A stretch of 64,000 bases of DNA, from NCBI GenBank assembly GCA_016208765.1, contig JACQXK010000004.1, forward strand, positions 84,243 to 148,242, given 5' to 3'. Positions 11,380 through 21,694 of the stretch are shown here, in pieces. A program made the translations under genes and the position numbers. The DNA is from Candidatus Omnitrophota bacterium. GTDB lineage: Bacteria > Omnitrophota > Gorgyraeia > Gygaellales > Profunditerraquicolaceae. Each line of letters begins with the position of its first letter. The stretch's first letter is position 1. The notes under the pieces are model-generated. The model did no database searches, was not told where the DNA came from, and saw nothing but the letters and a program-made list of their open reading frames with translations.

Positions 11380-12537
11380 TTAACGCCTCTTTTCTAAAAA
11401 TATTTCCATGCGCTTTAACGCCTCTTTTAAATTATCAAAACTTGATGCGTAAGAAATGCGCACATAATTATCAAGTCCGCTGCCAAAGGCAGTGCCCGGG
11501 ACAACTGCTACCTTCTGCTCTTTTAACAAGCTTTGCGCAAAATCAATCGCATTCATTCCGGTTTTCTTTATTGAAGGAAAGGCATAAAAAGCCCCTTGAG
11601 GTTTATGGCAGGTCAAACCAATACGGTTTAAGCCGTCAATCACAAATTCCCGCCTTCTTTTATATTCACGCTTCATTTCTTCAACAAATCTTCTTCCTGA
11701 AACTATTGCCTCTGCTGCAGCCATCTGGGCTGTGATAGAAACACACATAATTGTATATTGATGTATTTTGGTCATTGCGGCAATAACCTCTTTCGGCCCG
11801 CAGGCAAAACCCACACGCCAGCCGGTCATAGCATAACTTTTGGAAAAACCATCCAGATAAACAGTGTTATCTATTGCTCCGGGCAAAGTAGCAAAATGCG
11901 TGTGATTAAAATCATAGGTCAGGTCGCAATAAACCTCATCGCAGATTGCCATAACTTTATGTTTCAATAATACCTTATTAATTTCATAAAGCTCTTTTCT
12001 TGTATAAGAAACACCCGTGGGATTTGAAGGATAATTTAAGATAATTGCCTTGGTTTTTTTGTCAATGTTCTTTTCCAGCTCTTGCGGCGTGATCTTAAAA
12101 CCGTTCTTTGCCGTATTAATATACACTGGGACGCCGCCTGCTAACTCGGTAACCGGCCCATAAGAAACATAGCTCGGCTGAGGGACAATCACCTTATCCT
12201 GCGGCTCAAGAATAGAACGCAAAACTAAATCCACTCCCTCGCTGACACCGACAGTAATTAAGATTTCCTCATCAGGGCAATATTTTAAGCCGCATTTATC
12301 TTTAAGGTAATTGCTGATACCTAATCTTAACTTATATAATCCTTTATTGGAAGTATAAGACGTAAATCCGCTTTCCAAAGAATAGATCCCTGCCTCACAG
12401 ATTGGCCAGGGGGTAACAAAATCAGGCTCCCCCACCCCTAAAGAAATAACATCCTTCATTCCGAGCACTAAATCAAAGAATGCACGGATTCCCGAAGGCT
12501 GCATTTCTTCCACTTTTTTAGAAATAATATTTCTCAT
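11380..12537 (-). CDS. Class I/II PLP-dependent aminotransferase (AlaT/YugH-like)
   Basis: SLGVGEPDF, NYPSNPTG, DEVY and FSKSYAMTGWRVG. Confidence 0.93.
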   Translation of the reverse strand: MRNIISKKVEEMQPSGIRAFFDLVLGMKDVISLGVGEPDFVTPWPICEAGIYSLESGFTSYTSNKGLYKLRLGISNYLKDKCGLKYCPDEEILITVGVSEGVDLVLRSILEPQDKVIVPQPSYVSYGPVTELAGGVPVYINTAKNGFKITPQELEKNIDKKTKAIILNYPSNPTGVSYTRKELYEINKVLLKHKVMAICDEVYCDLTYDFNHTHFATLPGAIDNTVYLDGFSKSYAMTGWRVGFACGPKEVIAAMTKIHQYTIMCVSITAQMAAAEAIVSGRRFVEEMKREYKRRREFVIDGLNRIGLTCHKPQGAFYAFPSIKKTGMNAIDFAQSLLKEQKVAVVPGTAFGSGLDNYVRISYASSFDNLKEALKRMEIFLEKRR

Positions 12538-12565
12538 CTTAATTACCGATTACGAATTACAATAT

Positions 12566-13051
12566 TTAATACGATATCGCTATCCTCTTATTCTCTTGCT
12601 TATGCTTTAGTATAACACCATCTTCTTTATATTTTTTCAACAAAAAATGCGTAACTGTCCCGCGCACATTCTCCAAACATGCCAGTTTTTCCGCAACAAA
12701 ACGCGAAACATCATGGATGGTCTTTCCCTCAATCACCACCAAAAGGTCATATGTCCCGGAAATTAAATAGCAGCTCGTTACCTCGGGAAAAGAATATATC
12801 CTCTCGGCGATCTTCTCAAAGCCCAGATCTTTCTGAGGAACAACTTTTACTTCAATAAGCGCACGGGCAAGAGAATCCTCCCTGCGCACCAATTCTTTAT
12901 TAATTACCGCCTTGTATTTAATGATAATCCCATTTTTCTCCAATTTCTTAATTTCATCTTTTACTGTTTGAGGCTTTAATTTTAGCATCTTGGCGATTTC
13001 TTCCGGAGTGATACGCGCGTCTTTTTCTAAGATCTCAATAATTTCATTCAT
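12566..13051 (-). CDS. Lrp/AsnC family transcriptional regulator (AlaR/YugG-like)
   Basis: N-terminal HTH and a RAM domain with YLISGTYDLLV. Start at the second Met after GGAGG. Confidence 0.9.
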   Translation of the reverse strand: MNEIIEILEKDARITPEEIAKMLKLKPQTVKDEIKKLEKNGIIIKYKAVINKELVRREDSLARALIEVKVVPQKDLGFEKIAERIYSFPEVTSCYLISGTYDLLVVIEGKTIHDVSRFVAEKLACLENVRGTVTHFLLKKYKEDGVILKHKQENKRIAISY

Positions 13052-13095
13052 TTTTAATCCTCCCATAAAACTGAGTTACCTGTATCTGCGTAAAC

Positions 13096-13812
13096 TTAAA
13101 TTAAACAAATCCTCGGCCCCTGGCGCTTGTGTTCTGAAAGCCTGTGCATATTAACAACCTTAGAAACCTTTATTTTAGAAACAGAATGCCTTTTACCTTT
13201 AAACATACAATCCAGAATGTCATCCAACTCCGGATAAGTAATGCCCATCTCTTTTTCATCGGTCTGCCCCGGCCAAAGCCCTGCAGTAGGCGTCTTTTTA
13301 ATAATCTGCTCAGGGATCCCTAATTCTTTTGCCAATAACACAACCTGCTTTTTTAGCAACCCGCCGATAGGCAAGATATCGTTTGCTCCGTCGCCGTGCT
13401 TTGTAAAATATCCGACGCTTAATTCTGACTTATTGCCTGTGCCGGCGACTAAATAATTATATTTATTAGCAAAATAGTAAAGCGTGAGCATCCTCAGCCG
13501 CGGCTTAAGATTTGCCCGCGCCATAGGGCTTGCCTCTGGCAAAACTTTTGTCAAACTATCAAAAATATTTGATAAATCTACAGTCTTAGTTTGTATACCT
13601 AAAGTTTTTGCCAGGAACTTTGCATCAATTAAATCCTGCGGCTGACTATGGCATGGTAAAAATAGGCCTAAAACATTATTTTTCCCCGCCGCTTCTTTTG
13701 ATAAAGCTGCTACTACACTTGAATCTATCCCACCGGATAGGCCCATCACAATCCCCTTGGCCCCGGAAGATTTTACCTGCTTCTTTATCCAATTTATAAT
13801 TTTACTGCGCAT
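13096..13812 (-). CDS. nadE: NH3-dependent NAD+ synthetase
   Basis: GLSGGIDS, NLKPRLRM, GTGNKSE, GYFTKHGDG and PTAGLWPGQTDE. Confidence 0.95.
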   Translation of the reverse strand: MRSKIINWIKKQVKSSGAKGIVMGLSGGIDSSVVAALSKEAAGKNNVLGLFLPCHSQPQDLIDAKFLAKTLGIQTKTVDLSNIFDSLTKVLPEASPMARANLKPRLRMLTLYYFANKYNYLVAGTGNKSELSVGYFTKHGDGANDILPIGGLLKKQVVLLAKELGIPEQIIKKTPTAGLWPGQTDEKEMGITYPELDDILDCMFKGKRHSVSKIKVSKVVNMHRLSEHKRQGPRICLI

Positions 13813-13899
13813 ATGATTACTTATTACCTATTTAAAAGCACAAAAACATTCTATATCAAAAACCAGACATGTCAACGCGTATATGATCCGCCTAAACTC

Positions 13900-14553
13900 T
13901 TAAAACCTGAAACTAATATTGCTTACCAGAACATTGGCATATGTCCATTTGTCTGCAGGTTTCTTTGAATTAAGCATGTACCCGATATTAAAAGAAATAT
14001 TCTTATTAAGCGCATAACTGATGCCTACAGTGCTGCGGTGCTCTGTAATCCGGTCAAGCTTACAGTCATAAAAAGGCTCTTCGCTTATAAATGGGCCGAT
14101 TTCCTGTGTGCCAAGAATTTTAAAACCCTTGTAGAGCCGCAGGCTGTTACGGAAAATAGTTTTTGCTTTATCGTAATCATACTGAAAACGCAGGCGATTA
14201 GAAAGTTTAATGTTTGAAAACTTTTCAAAACTAAATTTAAAAGTATTGTCCAAATAAGATATCTCTGAACCATCCCACAAAGCTCCGGTATTTTTATCTT
14301 GATGAACATAATATGGTGTTATTTCCCAGAATTTATTAATTTTAAATGAAACTCCGGTCTCAAGTTTAAATAAATAATTATAGCTCATATCATTCTTAAA
14401 ACGCCACTCAGGAATAACAACAAAACTTACTTTATCGGTAATTTCGTAAGTAAATGTCTCCTGGTTCCAATATTCCCAATCCCGCGCCGCACAAGCATGT
14501 CGGTAAATAAAAATCATGCTTAGCGCAGTTAGGCAAACAAATAATCTTCTCAT
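13900..14553 (-). CDS. DUF2490-like outer-membrane beta-barrel protein
   Basis: Signal peptide, NRLRF/RNSLR pattern and C-terminal Phe. Confidence 0.65.
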   Translation of the reverse strand: MRRLFVCLTALSMIFIYRHACAARDWEYWNQETFTYEITDKVSFVVIPEWRFKNDMSYNYLFKLETGVSFKINKFWEITPYYVHQDKNTGALWDGSEISYLDNTFKFSFEKFSNIKLSNRLRFQYDYDKAKTIFRNSLRLYKGFKILGTQEIGPFISEEPFYDCKLDRITEHRSTVGISYALNKNISFNIGYMLNSKKPADKWTYANVLVSNISFRF

Positions 14554-14562
14554 TGGCTTATT

Positions 14563-15228
14563 TTATAATTTCTCAGGATGATGTTTCACTACTTTTGCCT
14601 CAATCATATAAATTACATCCTCGGCAATATTGGTTGTGTGGTCGCAAATCCGCTCCAAATGGCGGGCGATTAAAAGTAGCGGCACAGCCCGGTCTGCGGT
14701 TTTAGGATCTTTGGCCATATAATCATTTATAAGCTCATCGGAAACAAAATTACGCAGCCTGTCTGCTTCGGGGTCGGCAAAGAGGACTTTTTTAGCCAGC
14801 TCCACATCGCGTTTTATAAAAGCGTCAATAGCATCACGCACCATGTTCTGGGCAATAACAGAAAGCTTGGGAATATCTATCAGGGGTTTAAGTAACGGCT
14901 TATCGGCAATCTCCAAAACGCGCTGGCTGATATCCAGGGCCAAATCCGCAATACGTTCAAGCTCGGCATTGATCTTCATGCCGGTAGTCAAAAATCTCAG
15001 GTCGCTTGCCATCGGCTGATGCCGGGCGATTAAATCTATGCAGCGCTCATCAATAAACAATTCCAACTCATCAATTTTGTCATCAGCCCTGATTACTTCC
15101 TGCGCGAGCAGTTTATCGCGATTTTTTAAAGCCTCAATAGATTTATAAATCGCCTCCTGGGCCAAAACACCCATTCTTAGAATATCTTTATGTAATTCCT
15201 TCAACTCTTCATCAAAATGTCTTTGCAC
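14563..15228 (-). CDS. phoU: Phosphate signalling complex protein PhoU
   Basis: QPMASDLR, ELERIADLA and LERICDHTTNIAE. GTG start after AGGAG. Confidence 0.95.
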   Translation of the reverse strand: MQRHFDEELKELHKDILRMGVLAQEAIYKSIEALKNRDKLLAQEVIRADDKIDELELFIDERCIDLIARHQPMASDLRFLTTGMKINAELERIADLALDISQRVLEIADKPLLKPLIDIPKLSVIAQNMVRDAIDAFIKRDVELAKKVLFADPEADRLRNFVSDELINDYMAKDPKTADRAVPLLLIARHLERICDHTTNIAEDVIYMIEAKVVKHHPEKL

Positions 15229-15233
15229 TATAG

Positions 15234-15261
15234 TCTCCTGTCTCCGGTCACCAGTCACCGG
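15234..15261. repeat. Degenerate 7-bp tandem repeats next to the four-helix-bundle gene
   Basis: tctcctg-tctccgg-tcaccag-tcaccgg. Confidence 0.5.
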
Positions 15262-15280
15262 TAAATAATTAAAGTTTCTG

Positions 15281-15646
15281 TTAAATAGATTTTCTCAAAT
15301 ACTTAATAAAACCAGAACATAGTTTCCTAACATTTGTCGCTAAAGTATAAACTGAATTAAACTCTTCTTGATTGATATAATCTGAATCTAATGCCACATA
15401 CAAATGAGATTGCACCTCGGAAGCAGATCTTTTCGCATATCCTAAGAATTGAATAAACTGCTGGTCCGAATCAGAATCAAACCCCTCAGCAATGTTTGCC
15501 ATACAAGATACTGCCGCTCTCTGTATTTGCTCTCTTAATCCATAATCCCTATTATTAGCAATTTTCTCTCCTAATAGATAAACCGCTTTTGCTAATTTTC
15601 TTGCTTCCTGCCACACATCAGATTCTTCAAAATTTAATATTTTGAT
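15281..15646 (-). CDS. Four-helix-bundle protein (23S rRNA intervening-sequence protein family); start uncertain
   Basis: FEESDVWQ, QIQRAAVSCMANIAEGF and AKRSASEVQSHLYVALD. Confidence 0.85.
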   Translation of the reverse strand: MKILNFEESDVWQEARKLAKAVYLLGEKIANNRDYGLREQIQRAAVSCMANIAEGFDSDSDQQFIQFLGYAKRSASEVQSHLYVALDSDYINQEEFNSVYTLATNVRKLCSGFIKYLRKSI

Positions 15647-15661
15647 TCCATTTGTGACAAC

Positions 15662-16414
15662 TTATCCGTATCTGCCGGTAATATAATCCTCTGTGCGCTT
15701 ATCTGAGGGATGAGTAAAGATATCATCTGTTTTTCCAAATTCAATCAATTCTCCCAAAAGCATAAATCCTGTATCATCAGAAATTCGCGCTGCCTGTTGC
15801 ATATTATGTGTCACAATCACTATTGTATAATTATTTTTTAATTCGCGCATTAATTCCTCAATACGCTGAGTTGCCTGCGGGTCAAGGGTAGAACAGGGCT
15901 CATCCATCAACAGAACTTCCGGCTTAACTGCCACAAGGCGGGCAATACAAAGCCTTTGTTTTTGCTCTAACGATAAACTCAATGCTGATTTGTGCAGTTT
16001 GTCTTTTAATTCATCCCATAATAACACCGACCTCAGGCTCTCTTCTGCCAAAGAATCAAGCTCAGATTTACGTATAGAATTATGAATACGCTGGCCAAAA
16101 ACTACATTCTCATAAATTGATAGCGGAAACGGATTTGGCCGCTGGAACACCATGCCGATCTTCTTTCTTAAAACCACCAAATCTGCATCCGTATCCAGGA
16201 TATTCTCCTGGTCTACGATGATCTCCCCGCTGGTGCGCACGCCTTCAATTAAATCATTCATACGATTAAAAATACGCAGCAATGTTGACTTGCCGCAACC
16301 CGAAGGCCCGATAATAGCGGTAATCTTATTCCCGCTAAAAGCAGCATTCACATTAATAATTGCCTGAAAATCACCATACCATAAATTTAGGTTCTTAGTT
16401 AATATTTTTGCCAT
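15662..16414 (-). CDS. pstB: Phosphate ABC transporter ATP-binding protein (signature motif degenerate: LSLEQKQR)
   Basis: [19 protein letters not shown] and [10 protein letters not shown]. Confidence 0.93.
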   Translation of the reverse strand: MAKILTKNLNLWYGDFQAIINVNAAFSGNKITAIIGPSGCGKSTLLRIFNRMNDLIEGVRTSGEIIVDQENILDTDADLVVLRKKIGMVFQRPNPFPLSIYENVVFGQRIHNSIRKSELDSLAEESLRSVLLWDELKDKLHKSALSLSLEQKQRLCIARLVAVKPEVLLMDEPCSTLDPQATQRIEELMRELKNNYTIVIVTHNMQQAARISDDTGFMLLGELIEFGKTDDIFTHPSDKRTEDYITGRYG

Positions 16415-16422
16415 AAATAATC

Positions 16423-17169
16423 CTATCCGAATTTACCTCTGATATAATCATCTGTGCGCTGGTCACCTGGCGCTGTAAAAATTTTATCAGTCTGGTCAAC
16501 TTCAACCAACTCTCCGTTTAAAAAAAAGGCTGTCCTGTCCCCTACACGCGCAGCTTGTTTTACATTATTTGTAACCAGGACAATTGTATAATGCTGTTTT
16601 AATTTCAACATTGCTTCTTCCACTTTTGCAGTAGAAATAGGGTCTAAACCGGAACAGGGCTCATCAAACAAGACCACCTCCGGTTTAACTGCTAAAGTCC
16701 GGGCAATACAAAGCCTCTGTTGCTGCCCTCCTGAAAGCTTAAAAGCAGAAGTATTCAACCGGTCTTTTACCTCTTCCCAAAGATAGGCTTGTTTTAAACA
16801 AGATTCCACATTTTCTTTAAGCTTGGTTTTATTTCTTATTCCCTGCATCCTCGGCCCATAAGCCACATTATCAAATATTGACAACGGCAACGGCAAAGGA
16901 AGGGCAAAAACCATACCCACTCTACGACGGAGTTCTTCAACATCAACCTTCTTAATACTTAAGGTATCAAGATCAATTTCTCCGGACATGCGGAAGCTTA
17001 ACTGCAATTCGTTTAACCTGTTGAGCATACGGATAAAAGTGGTTTTGCCGCTATTTGACGGCCCAATCACGCTTAGAATTTCATTTGACTGCACCTCAAG
17101 ATTAACCTCTCTTAAAGAATGCACATCTCCAAACCAAACATTAATATTAGTTATTCTAAATTTAGTCAT
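16423..17169 (-). CDS. pstB: Phosphate ABC transporter ATP-binding protein, second paralog
   Basis: GPSNSGKT and [10 protein letters not shown]. The Q-loop and H-loop are altered (GMVFAL, VTNN). Confidence 0.9.
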   Translation of the reverse strand: MTKFRITNINVWFGDVHSLREVNLEVQSNEILSVIGPSNSGKTTFIRMLNRLNELQLSFRMSGEIDLDTLSIKKVDVEELRRRVGMVFALPLPLPLSIFDNVAYGPRMQGIRNKTKLKENVESCLKQAYLWEEVKDRLNTSAFKLSGGQQQRLCIARTLAVKPEVVLFDEPCSGLDPISTAKVEEAMLKLKQHYTIVLVTNNVKQAARVGDRTAFFLNGELVEVDQTDKIFTAPGDQRTDDYIRGKFG

Positions 17170-17224
17170 CTCTCAACCCAAAATGAATTTGCTGATTTTG
17201 TAAATAAATATCACTTTTACTTAT

Positions 17225-17385
17225 AGCGGGTTCCGGGGCTTGATTTGAGCAGCACGTTGAAAATTTGAGCGGGCACGGATGCCCCGCTATTAACTGTCTG
17301 GCAGAGCGAAAATTTTCACCGAGCGCAGCCACACCTCGCCGGGGTGTGGCAAGCGGTGCTGCGAAAACAAGCCCCGGAACCCGCT
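17225..17385. mobile_element. MITE-like 161-bp element between pstA and pstB
   Basis: Perfect 18-bp terminal inverted repeat AGCGGGTTCCGGGGCTTG extending imperfectly to about 30 bp. GC-rich, with internal hairpins. Confidence 0.65.
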
Positions 17386-17430
17386 GTCTTAAAATCGCCT
17401 TAAACAAATTACAAAGCGAATTCATCTTCA

Positions 17431-18282
17431 TCACCATTTCTTCAGTTTCCTAAACTTATATCTTATAATTACCGCCACCAAATTTACCGATAGCACCATA
17501 AACAACAGCACCAAAGCTGTGCCGTAGCGGATCTTTTCATCTACATTCGGCACCTGCGTAGAAATAACATACAAATGATACGGTAGAGCCATAGCCTGAT
17601 CAAAAATAGAACTTGGTAATTGCGGCAGGTAAAATGCCGCTACAGTAAAAAGAATAGGAGCGGTTTCTCCTGCTGCCCTGCCCACTCCTAAAATTGTCCC
17701 GGTAATAATCCCCGGAACAGCATTAGGCAAAACTATGTTACGAATCGTCTGCCATTTGCTTGCTCCTAAAGACAGGCTGACCTCGCGAAATGACTGTGGC
17801 ACGCTCTCAAGCGCCTCAACGGAAGAAGTAATAATTATAGGTAAAATCATCAGGCCCAAAGTCAATGAACCAGAAAGAATGGATGCCCCGAATTTAAAGA
17901 AAACAACAAACAACGCCAGGCCGAACAAACCGTAAACAACCGAAGGAACACCTGCCAAATTAACAATAGACAGCTTAATCAGGCGGGTAAGAATATTTGC
18001 CCTTGCATATTCACTCAAGTATACTGCAGCCAATAAACCAATTGGCAGGGCGAAAGAAATCGCGCCCAAAACTAAATACACTGTGCCGACAATTGCCGGA
18101 AAAATTCCTCCGGCACGCATCCCCTGGCGTGGCATATCTGTTAAAAACTGCCAGTTAATTGCAGGAAGGCCTTTCTGAATTATAATTACAATGATTAACC
18201 CAACAGGCACTATAATTAAAAGCGTGGCAAGCAGTAAAAAGAAAAAAGCAATTTTCTGGGTACGTTGAGGGTTTCTCTTCAT
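17431..18282 (-). CDS. pstA: Phosphate ABC transporter permease PstA
   Basis: NLAGVPSVVYGLFG, EAA loop and GRAAGETAP. Confidence 0.95.
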   Translation of the reverse strand: MKRNPQRTQKIAFFFLLLATLLIIVPVGLIIVIIIQKGLPAINWQFLTDMPRQGMRAGGIFPAIVGTVYLVLGAISFALPIGLLAAVYLSEYARANILTRLIKLSIVNLAGVPSVVYGLFGLALFVVFFKFGASILSGSLTLGLMILPIIITSSVEALESVPQSFREVSLSLGASKWQTIRNIVLPNAVPGIITGTILGVGRAAGETAPILFTVAAFYLPQLPSSIFDQAMALPYHLYVISTQVPNVDEKIRYGTALVLLFMVLSVNLVAVIIRYKFRKLKKW

Positions 18283-19142
18283 CTTCTCTTATGTAAAAAT
18301 AGATCCGCGGTTACGTTAATCGCAAAACTAATCACAAATAAAACTATCCCGATGGCAAACAAGGCAAAATAATGTTCGCTTCCCACCACCACTTCGCCCA
18401 TTTCTGCGGCAATTGTGGCGGTCAATGTGCGCACAGGCTGTAAGATAGTGTGAGGGATAATTGCAGAATTACCCGTAATCATCATCACTGCCATTGTCTC
18501 GCCAATTACTCTTCCAATCCCAAGCATCACTGCAGCAACAATTCCCGAGGAAGCTGCGGGAAGGAGCACCCTGTAAATTGTCTGCCAATGCGTAGCCCCC
18601 AAGGCAAGGGCACCTTCTTTGTAATTCTTAGGCACAGAATAAAGCGCATCCTCTGCAATAGAAACGATTGTAGGCATGGCCATAAAAGCAAGCATAATTG
18701 AACCGGACAAGGCAGTCAGCCCCGTCGGAAGATGAAAAATGCTTTTTACCCAAGGCACCAAAGTCACCATGCCAATAAAACCCAAAACAACACTGGGTAT
18801 TGCCGCTAACAATTCAATCCCTGATTTTAATATTTCTTTTACTTTTTGCGGGGCGATTTCAGCAATATATACGGCACAGGCAATGCCAATTGGAACAGAT
18901 ATAACCGCAGCTCCAAGCGTAACTAAAAGAGATCCAAGGATCAAAGGCAAGATCCCTAATTGCGGCGGCTCAGAAATAGGATACCAGCTCTTGCCGAACA
19001 AAAAATTAAAAGGCGAAACGCTTTTAAAGACAGCAATGCCTTCCTTGGCAAGGAAAATAAATATAAGGATAACAAAAAATATAGAAGCTAATCCGCAAAT
19101 CAGGATTAGCTTTTCTATAACAAATTCTTTAATCTTACGCAT
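18279..19142 (-). CDS. pstC: Phosphate ABC transporter permease PstC
   Basis: ELLAAIPSVVLG and GRVIGETMAV. Confidence 0.95.
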   Translation of the reverse strand: MRKIKEFVIEKLILICGLASIFFVILIFIFLAKEGIAVFKSVSPFNFLFGKSWYPISEPPQLGILPLILGSLLVTLGAAVISVPIGIACAVYIAEIAPQKVKEILKSGIELLAAIPSVVLGFIGMVTLVPWVKSIFHLPTGLTALSGSIMLAFMAMPTIVSIAEDALYSVPKNYKEGALALGATHWQTIYRVLLPAASSGIVAAVMLGIGRVIGETMAVMMITGNSAIIPHTILQPVRTLTATIAAEMGEVVVGSEHYFALFAIGIVLFVISFAINVTADLFLHKRR

Positions 19143-19172
19143 AGCTTATATTACTGAGCCTCCGATAAATAA

Positions 19173-20024
19173 CTACTTCACCGGCACAAAATCAGTCTTT
19201 AAAACAATCTCCTGCCCTTCTTTGGAAAGGCAAAAATCAAAAAATTTCTTTATCTGTCCCTGTGGCGCATTATTGGTATAAAAGAATAATGGCCGTGAAA
19301 TCGGATACTTGCCATTAATCACATTTTCCGTAACTGGAGAGACAAATTCCGATTTTGCATCCTTGGCCACTGCAACAGCTTTCTGCTTAGGAGAAATATA
19401 ACCCATGCCATAATAACCAATTGCCCCGGTATTTTGAGTAATTTCGTCGGCAATTGCCTGCGAAGAAGGCAGCAACAGCGCGCCTGGGGTAAACTCTTCC
19501 TTTGAATTCGGATCATTCTTTCTTAAAACGTGCTCCTTAAAATAAACATGTGTCCCGGAATTTACCTCGCGGGACAAAACCACAATCTGTAAATCTTGCC
19601 CGCCAACCTGCTTCCAATTAGTAATTTTACCGGTAAAAATTTGCGCCAACTGGTCAATAGTGAGTTTATCCACAGGATTCTTGGGGTTTACTACTACTGC
19701 CAAACCGTCCAAAGCCACTTTTGCCTCGTAAGGCTTAACTCCTCTTGCTTCTGCAAGGCTGATTTCTTTCCCCTTAATATTACGTGAGCTCATAGCAATG
19801 CTACAGGTACCACTGATCAAGCTGGAAAGGCCTGTCCCCGACCCGCCGCCGGTAACAGCGATAAACTCACCGGGATTAACCTCCATATACCTCTCTGCCC
19901 AAGCCTGCGCAAGATTCACCATAGTGTCTGAGCCTTTCACCTGAACGCAATTTTTTGCAGGAGCTGCTAATGCTAAACTGCAGAAAAACAAATTTATCAA
20001 CAAAACTGAAACTATTCTAAACAT
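19173..20024 (-). CDS. pstS: Phosphate ABC transporter substrate-binding protein
   Basis: KGSDTM, GGGSGTG, SREVNSGT and YPISRPLF. Confidence 0.94.
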   Translation of the reverse strand: MFRIVSVLLINLFFCSLALAAPAKNCVQVKGSDTMVNLAQAWAERYMEVNPGEFIAVTGGGSGTGLSSLISGTCSIAMSSRNIKGKEISLAEARGVKPYEAKVALDGLAVVVNPKNPVDKLTIDQLAQIFTGKITNWKQVGGQDLQIVVLSREVNSGTHVYFKEHVLRKNDPNSKEEFTPGALLLPSSQAIADEITQNTGAIGYYGMGYISPKQKAVAVAKDAKSEFVSPVTENVINGKYPISRPLFFYTNNAPQGQIKKFFDFCLSKEGQEIVLKTDFVPVK

Positions 20025-20063
20025 GTCTTCCTCCTCTTTTTCATTATAATATTATTCATTGTC

Positions 20064-20103
20064 AGTTAAAACTATGTTAAGCCAATGTAAAATCTATGTA
20101 AAA
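20064..20103 (-). promoter_or_regulatory. Pho box: four 11-bp-period TT(T/A)ACA-like direct repeats upstream of pstS
   Basis: TTTTACATAGA-TTTTACATTGG-CTTAACATAGT-TTTAACT. Confidence 0.75.
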
Positions 20104-21393
20104 TTAGAATTTTACATTCCAGTCAACCTGCACAACCTGATACGACCTTGAGTTTGTATAACCGAAATTACCCTTCATGTATTCATTATAGTAATAATCC
20201 AGGCCCAACCAGGTATTTTTGCCTAAACCAAAATCAAGGCCTGCTTCAAAACCTTTAATTCCTGTTTTTCCACCATAACGGTCAGAATCCGGAAGGATAT
20301 CCAGAATTGAGTCTTTTCCAAGTTTGCAGTAATTAAACTTAAACTGCCAATCTTTCCATTTTTCTACTTTTTGCGCTCCTGCCTTAAAGCCCAACATCCA
20401 ACCAGTATCATCACCCGGGACATCTTTTACAACATTTGTAACATACTCGCCGAAAAGTGCAAAATAAGGCAGGCTGTATCCAATTGCCTTAAGCGGCTCA
20501 TTTATAGAAATTTCAAAAGCAGGAGTAAAATTTTTATAATTATACTTTAGCCCACCATTAACCGTGCTATTTGTTCCTGAGCTGGCTGTTAATGATTTCC
20601 CGACTAAACCTGTAAAATTATAAAATGAGGCAGCAATCTTTGCCGAAACCGCATCCGTTAATTGCTGTTTTAACCCACCTTGCAATACATACATCGTTGG
20701 GTCTGCTTCATCTCCGGCTGCTTCTCCAATTAAAAATACACCCAGATTAGAAAATAACTCAGTTTTAGAACCTATCTTAGTGCTTAATGCCGCTACCCCA
20801 CCTTCAGGCGTAATATCCGTATCCCAAATCAAATCTCCCGGCTCCCAAAGAGGATTTTGCATTTTACCTCCGGTAAAACTCGCCCATTTCCAAGGAGAAT
20901 AAGTAGCATAGGCATAATCAAGAACAATACTCTTTTTTGTAGAACTTGAGCCTAGTGTAATATTAGTTGAACGAGGGTCAGTAGTTGAACCTGTGGCGAT
21001 ACCAACACCTGCTTTTATTTTATCGTTTACCTTCCCCTCTAACCCGAGCCTCGCACGAATACGCGCCCTGTCCTGGCCATCGCGCGGAGATTGGGTATTC
21101 CCAGCCAGCTCTTTTGCCTGGTCATGCTGATATCTTAACCTGAAATCCCCCTTTAGCTTAATATTCTGCACCCAGCTTGGCAAGGCAGCGCTTTTACCCT
21201 GAGCAACTTCTTTTTTTACCTGCTCTTGAGTTTCAGTTTTAACCACCTGTGCCTCTCCTGGACTAAGTACGCCTTTTTCTACAAGCTTCTGCAGGAGAAC
21301 ATCAATTTCTCCGGCAAAAATATTTCCTGCATTTAAAAAAACGCTTGATGCCACAAAACACAACACCAGCCACAACCCCAACATCTTTTTCAT
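20104..21393 (-). CDS. Putative porin (Porin_5-like), probably phosphate-regulated
   Basis: Signal peptide, LLQKLVEKGVL, KLKGDFRLRY, RARIRARLG and C-terminal QVDWNVKF. Confidence 0.8.
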   Translation of the reverse strand: MKKMLGLWLVLCFVASSVFLNAGNIFAGEIDVLLQKLVEKGVLSPGEAQVVKTETQEQVKKEVAQGKSAALPSWVQNIKLKGDFRLRYQHDQAKELAGNTQSPRDGQDRARIRARLGLEGKVNDKIKAGVGIATGSTTDPRSTNITLGSSSTKKSIVLDYAYATYSPWKWASFTGGKMQNPLWEPGDLIWDTDITPEGGVAALSTKIGSKTELFSNLGVFLIGEAAGDEADPTMYVLQGGLKQQLTDAVSAKIAASFYNFTGLVGKSLTASSGTNSTVNGGLKYNYKNFTPAFEISINEPLKAIGYSLPYFALFGEYVTNVVKDVPGDDTGWMLGFKAGAQKVEKWKDWQFKFNYCKLGKDSILDILPDSDRYGGKTGIKGFEAGLDFGLGKNTWLGLDYYYNEYMKGNFGYTNSRSYQVVQVDWNVKF

Positions 21394-21413
21394 TCTGCTT
21401 TCCTCCTTTTTTG

Positions 21414-21605
21414 TTACAAGCTCTCAACGCACAGCTTCCTGATCTGGCGAAGATTAAGTTCTATTTCTTTTAAAGACTGTTCAGCATAATCACAATCTGC
21501 ATCTTCTTCCAAATTATTTAAAATGTTGCGCATTTTATTTAATTGCAAACGTAAATGGCTGATAAAAAAATCTTTACGTACTGATGACATCACACTCACT
21601 TCCAC
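21414..21605 (-). CDS. Small hypothetical helical protein
   Basis: 63-aa ORF with an AGGAGG RBS, downstream of a Pho box. Confidence 0.55.
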   Translation of the reverse strand: MEVSVMSSVRKDFFISHLRLQLNKMRNILNNLEEDADCDYAEQSLKEIELNLRQIRKLCVESL

Positions 21606-21669
21606 AACCCACCTCCTTTCTGTACCATAGTTAAATCTTAATTCATTTGTATTTAAATAAAATCAAGAA

Positions 21670-21689
21670 AATGTAAAATCTATGTAAAT
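21670..21689 (-). promoter_or_regulatory. Pho box
   Basis: TTTACATAGATTTTACATT, identical to the core upstream of pstS. Confidence 0.7.
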
Positions 21690-21694
21690 CATAT

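Noticed and set aside
17162-17453. ORFs of 91 aa and 62 aa between pstA and pstB
   Set aside because: They are translations of the inverted-repeat element with no protein-like features.
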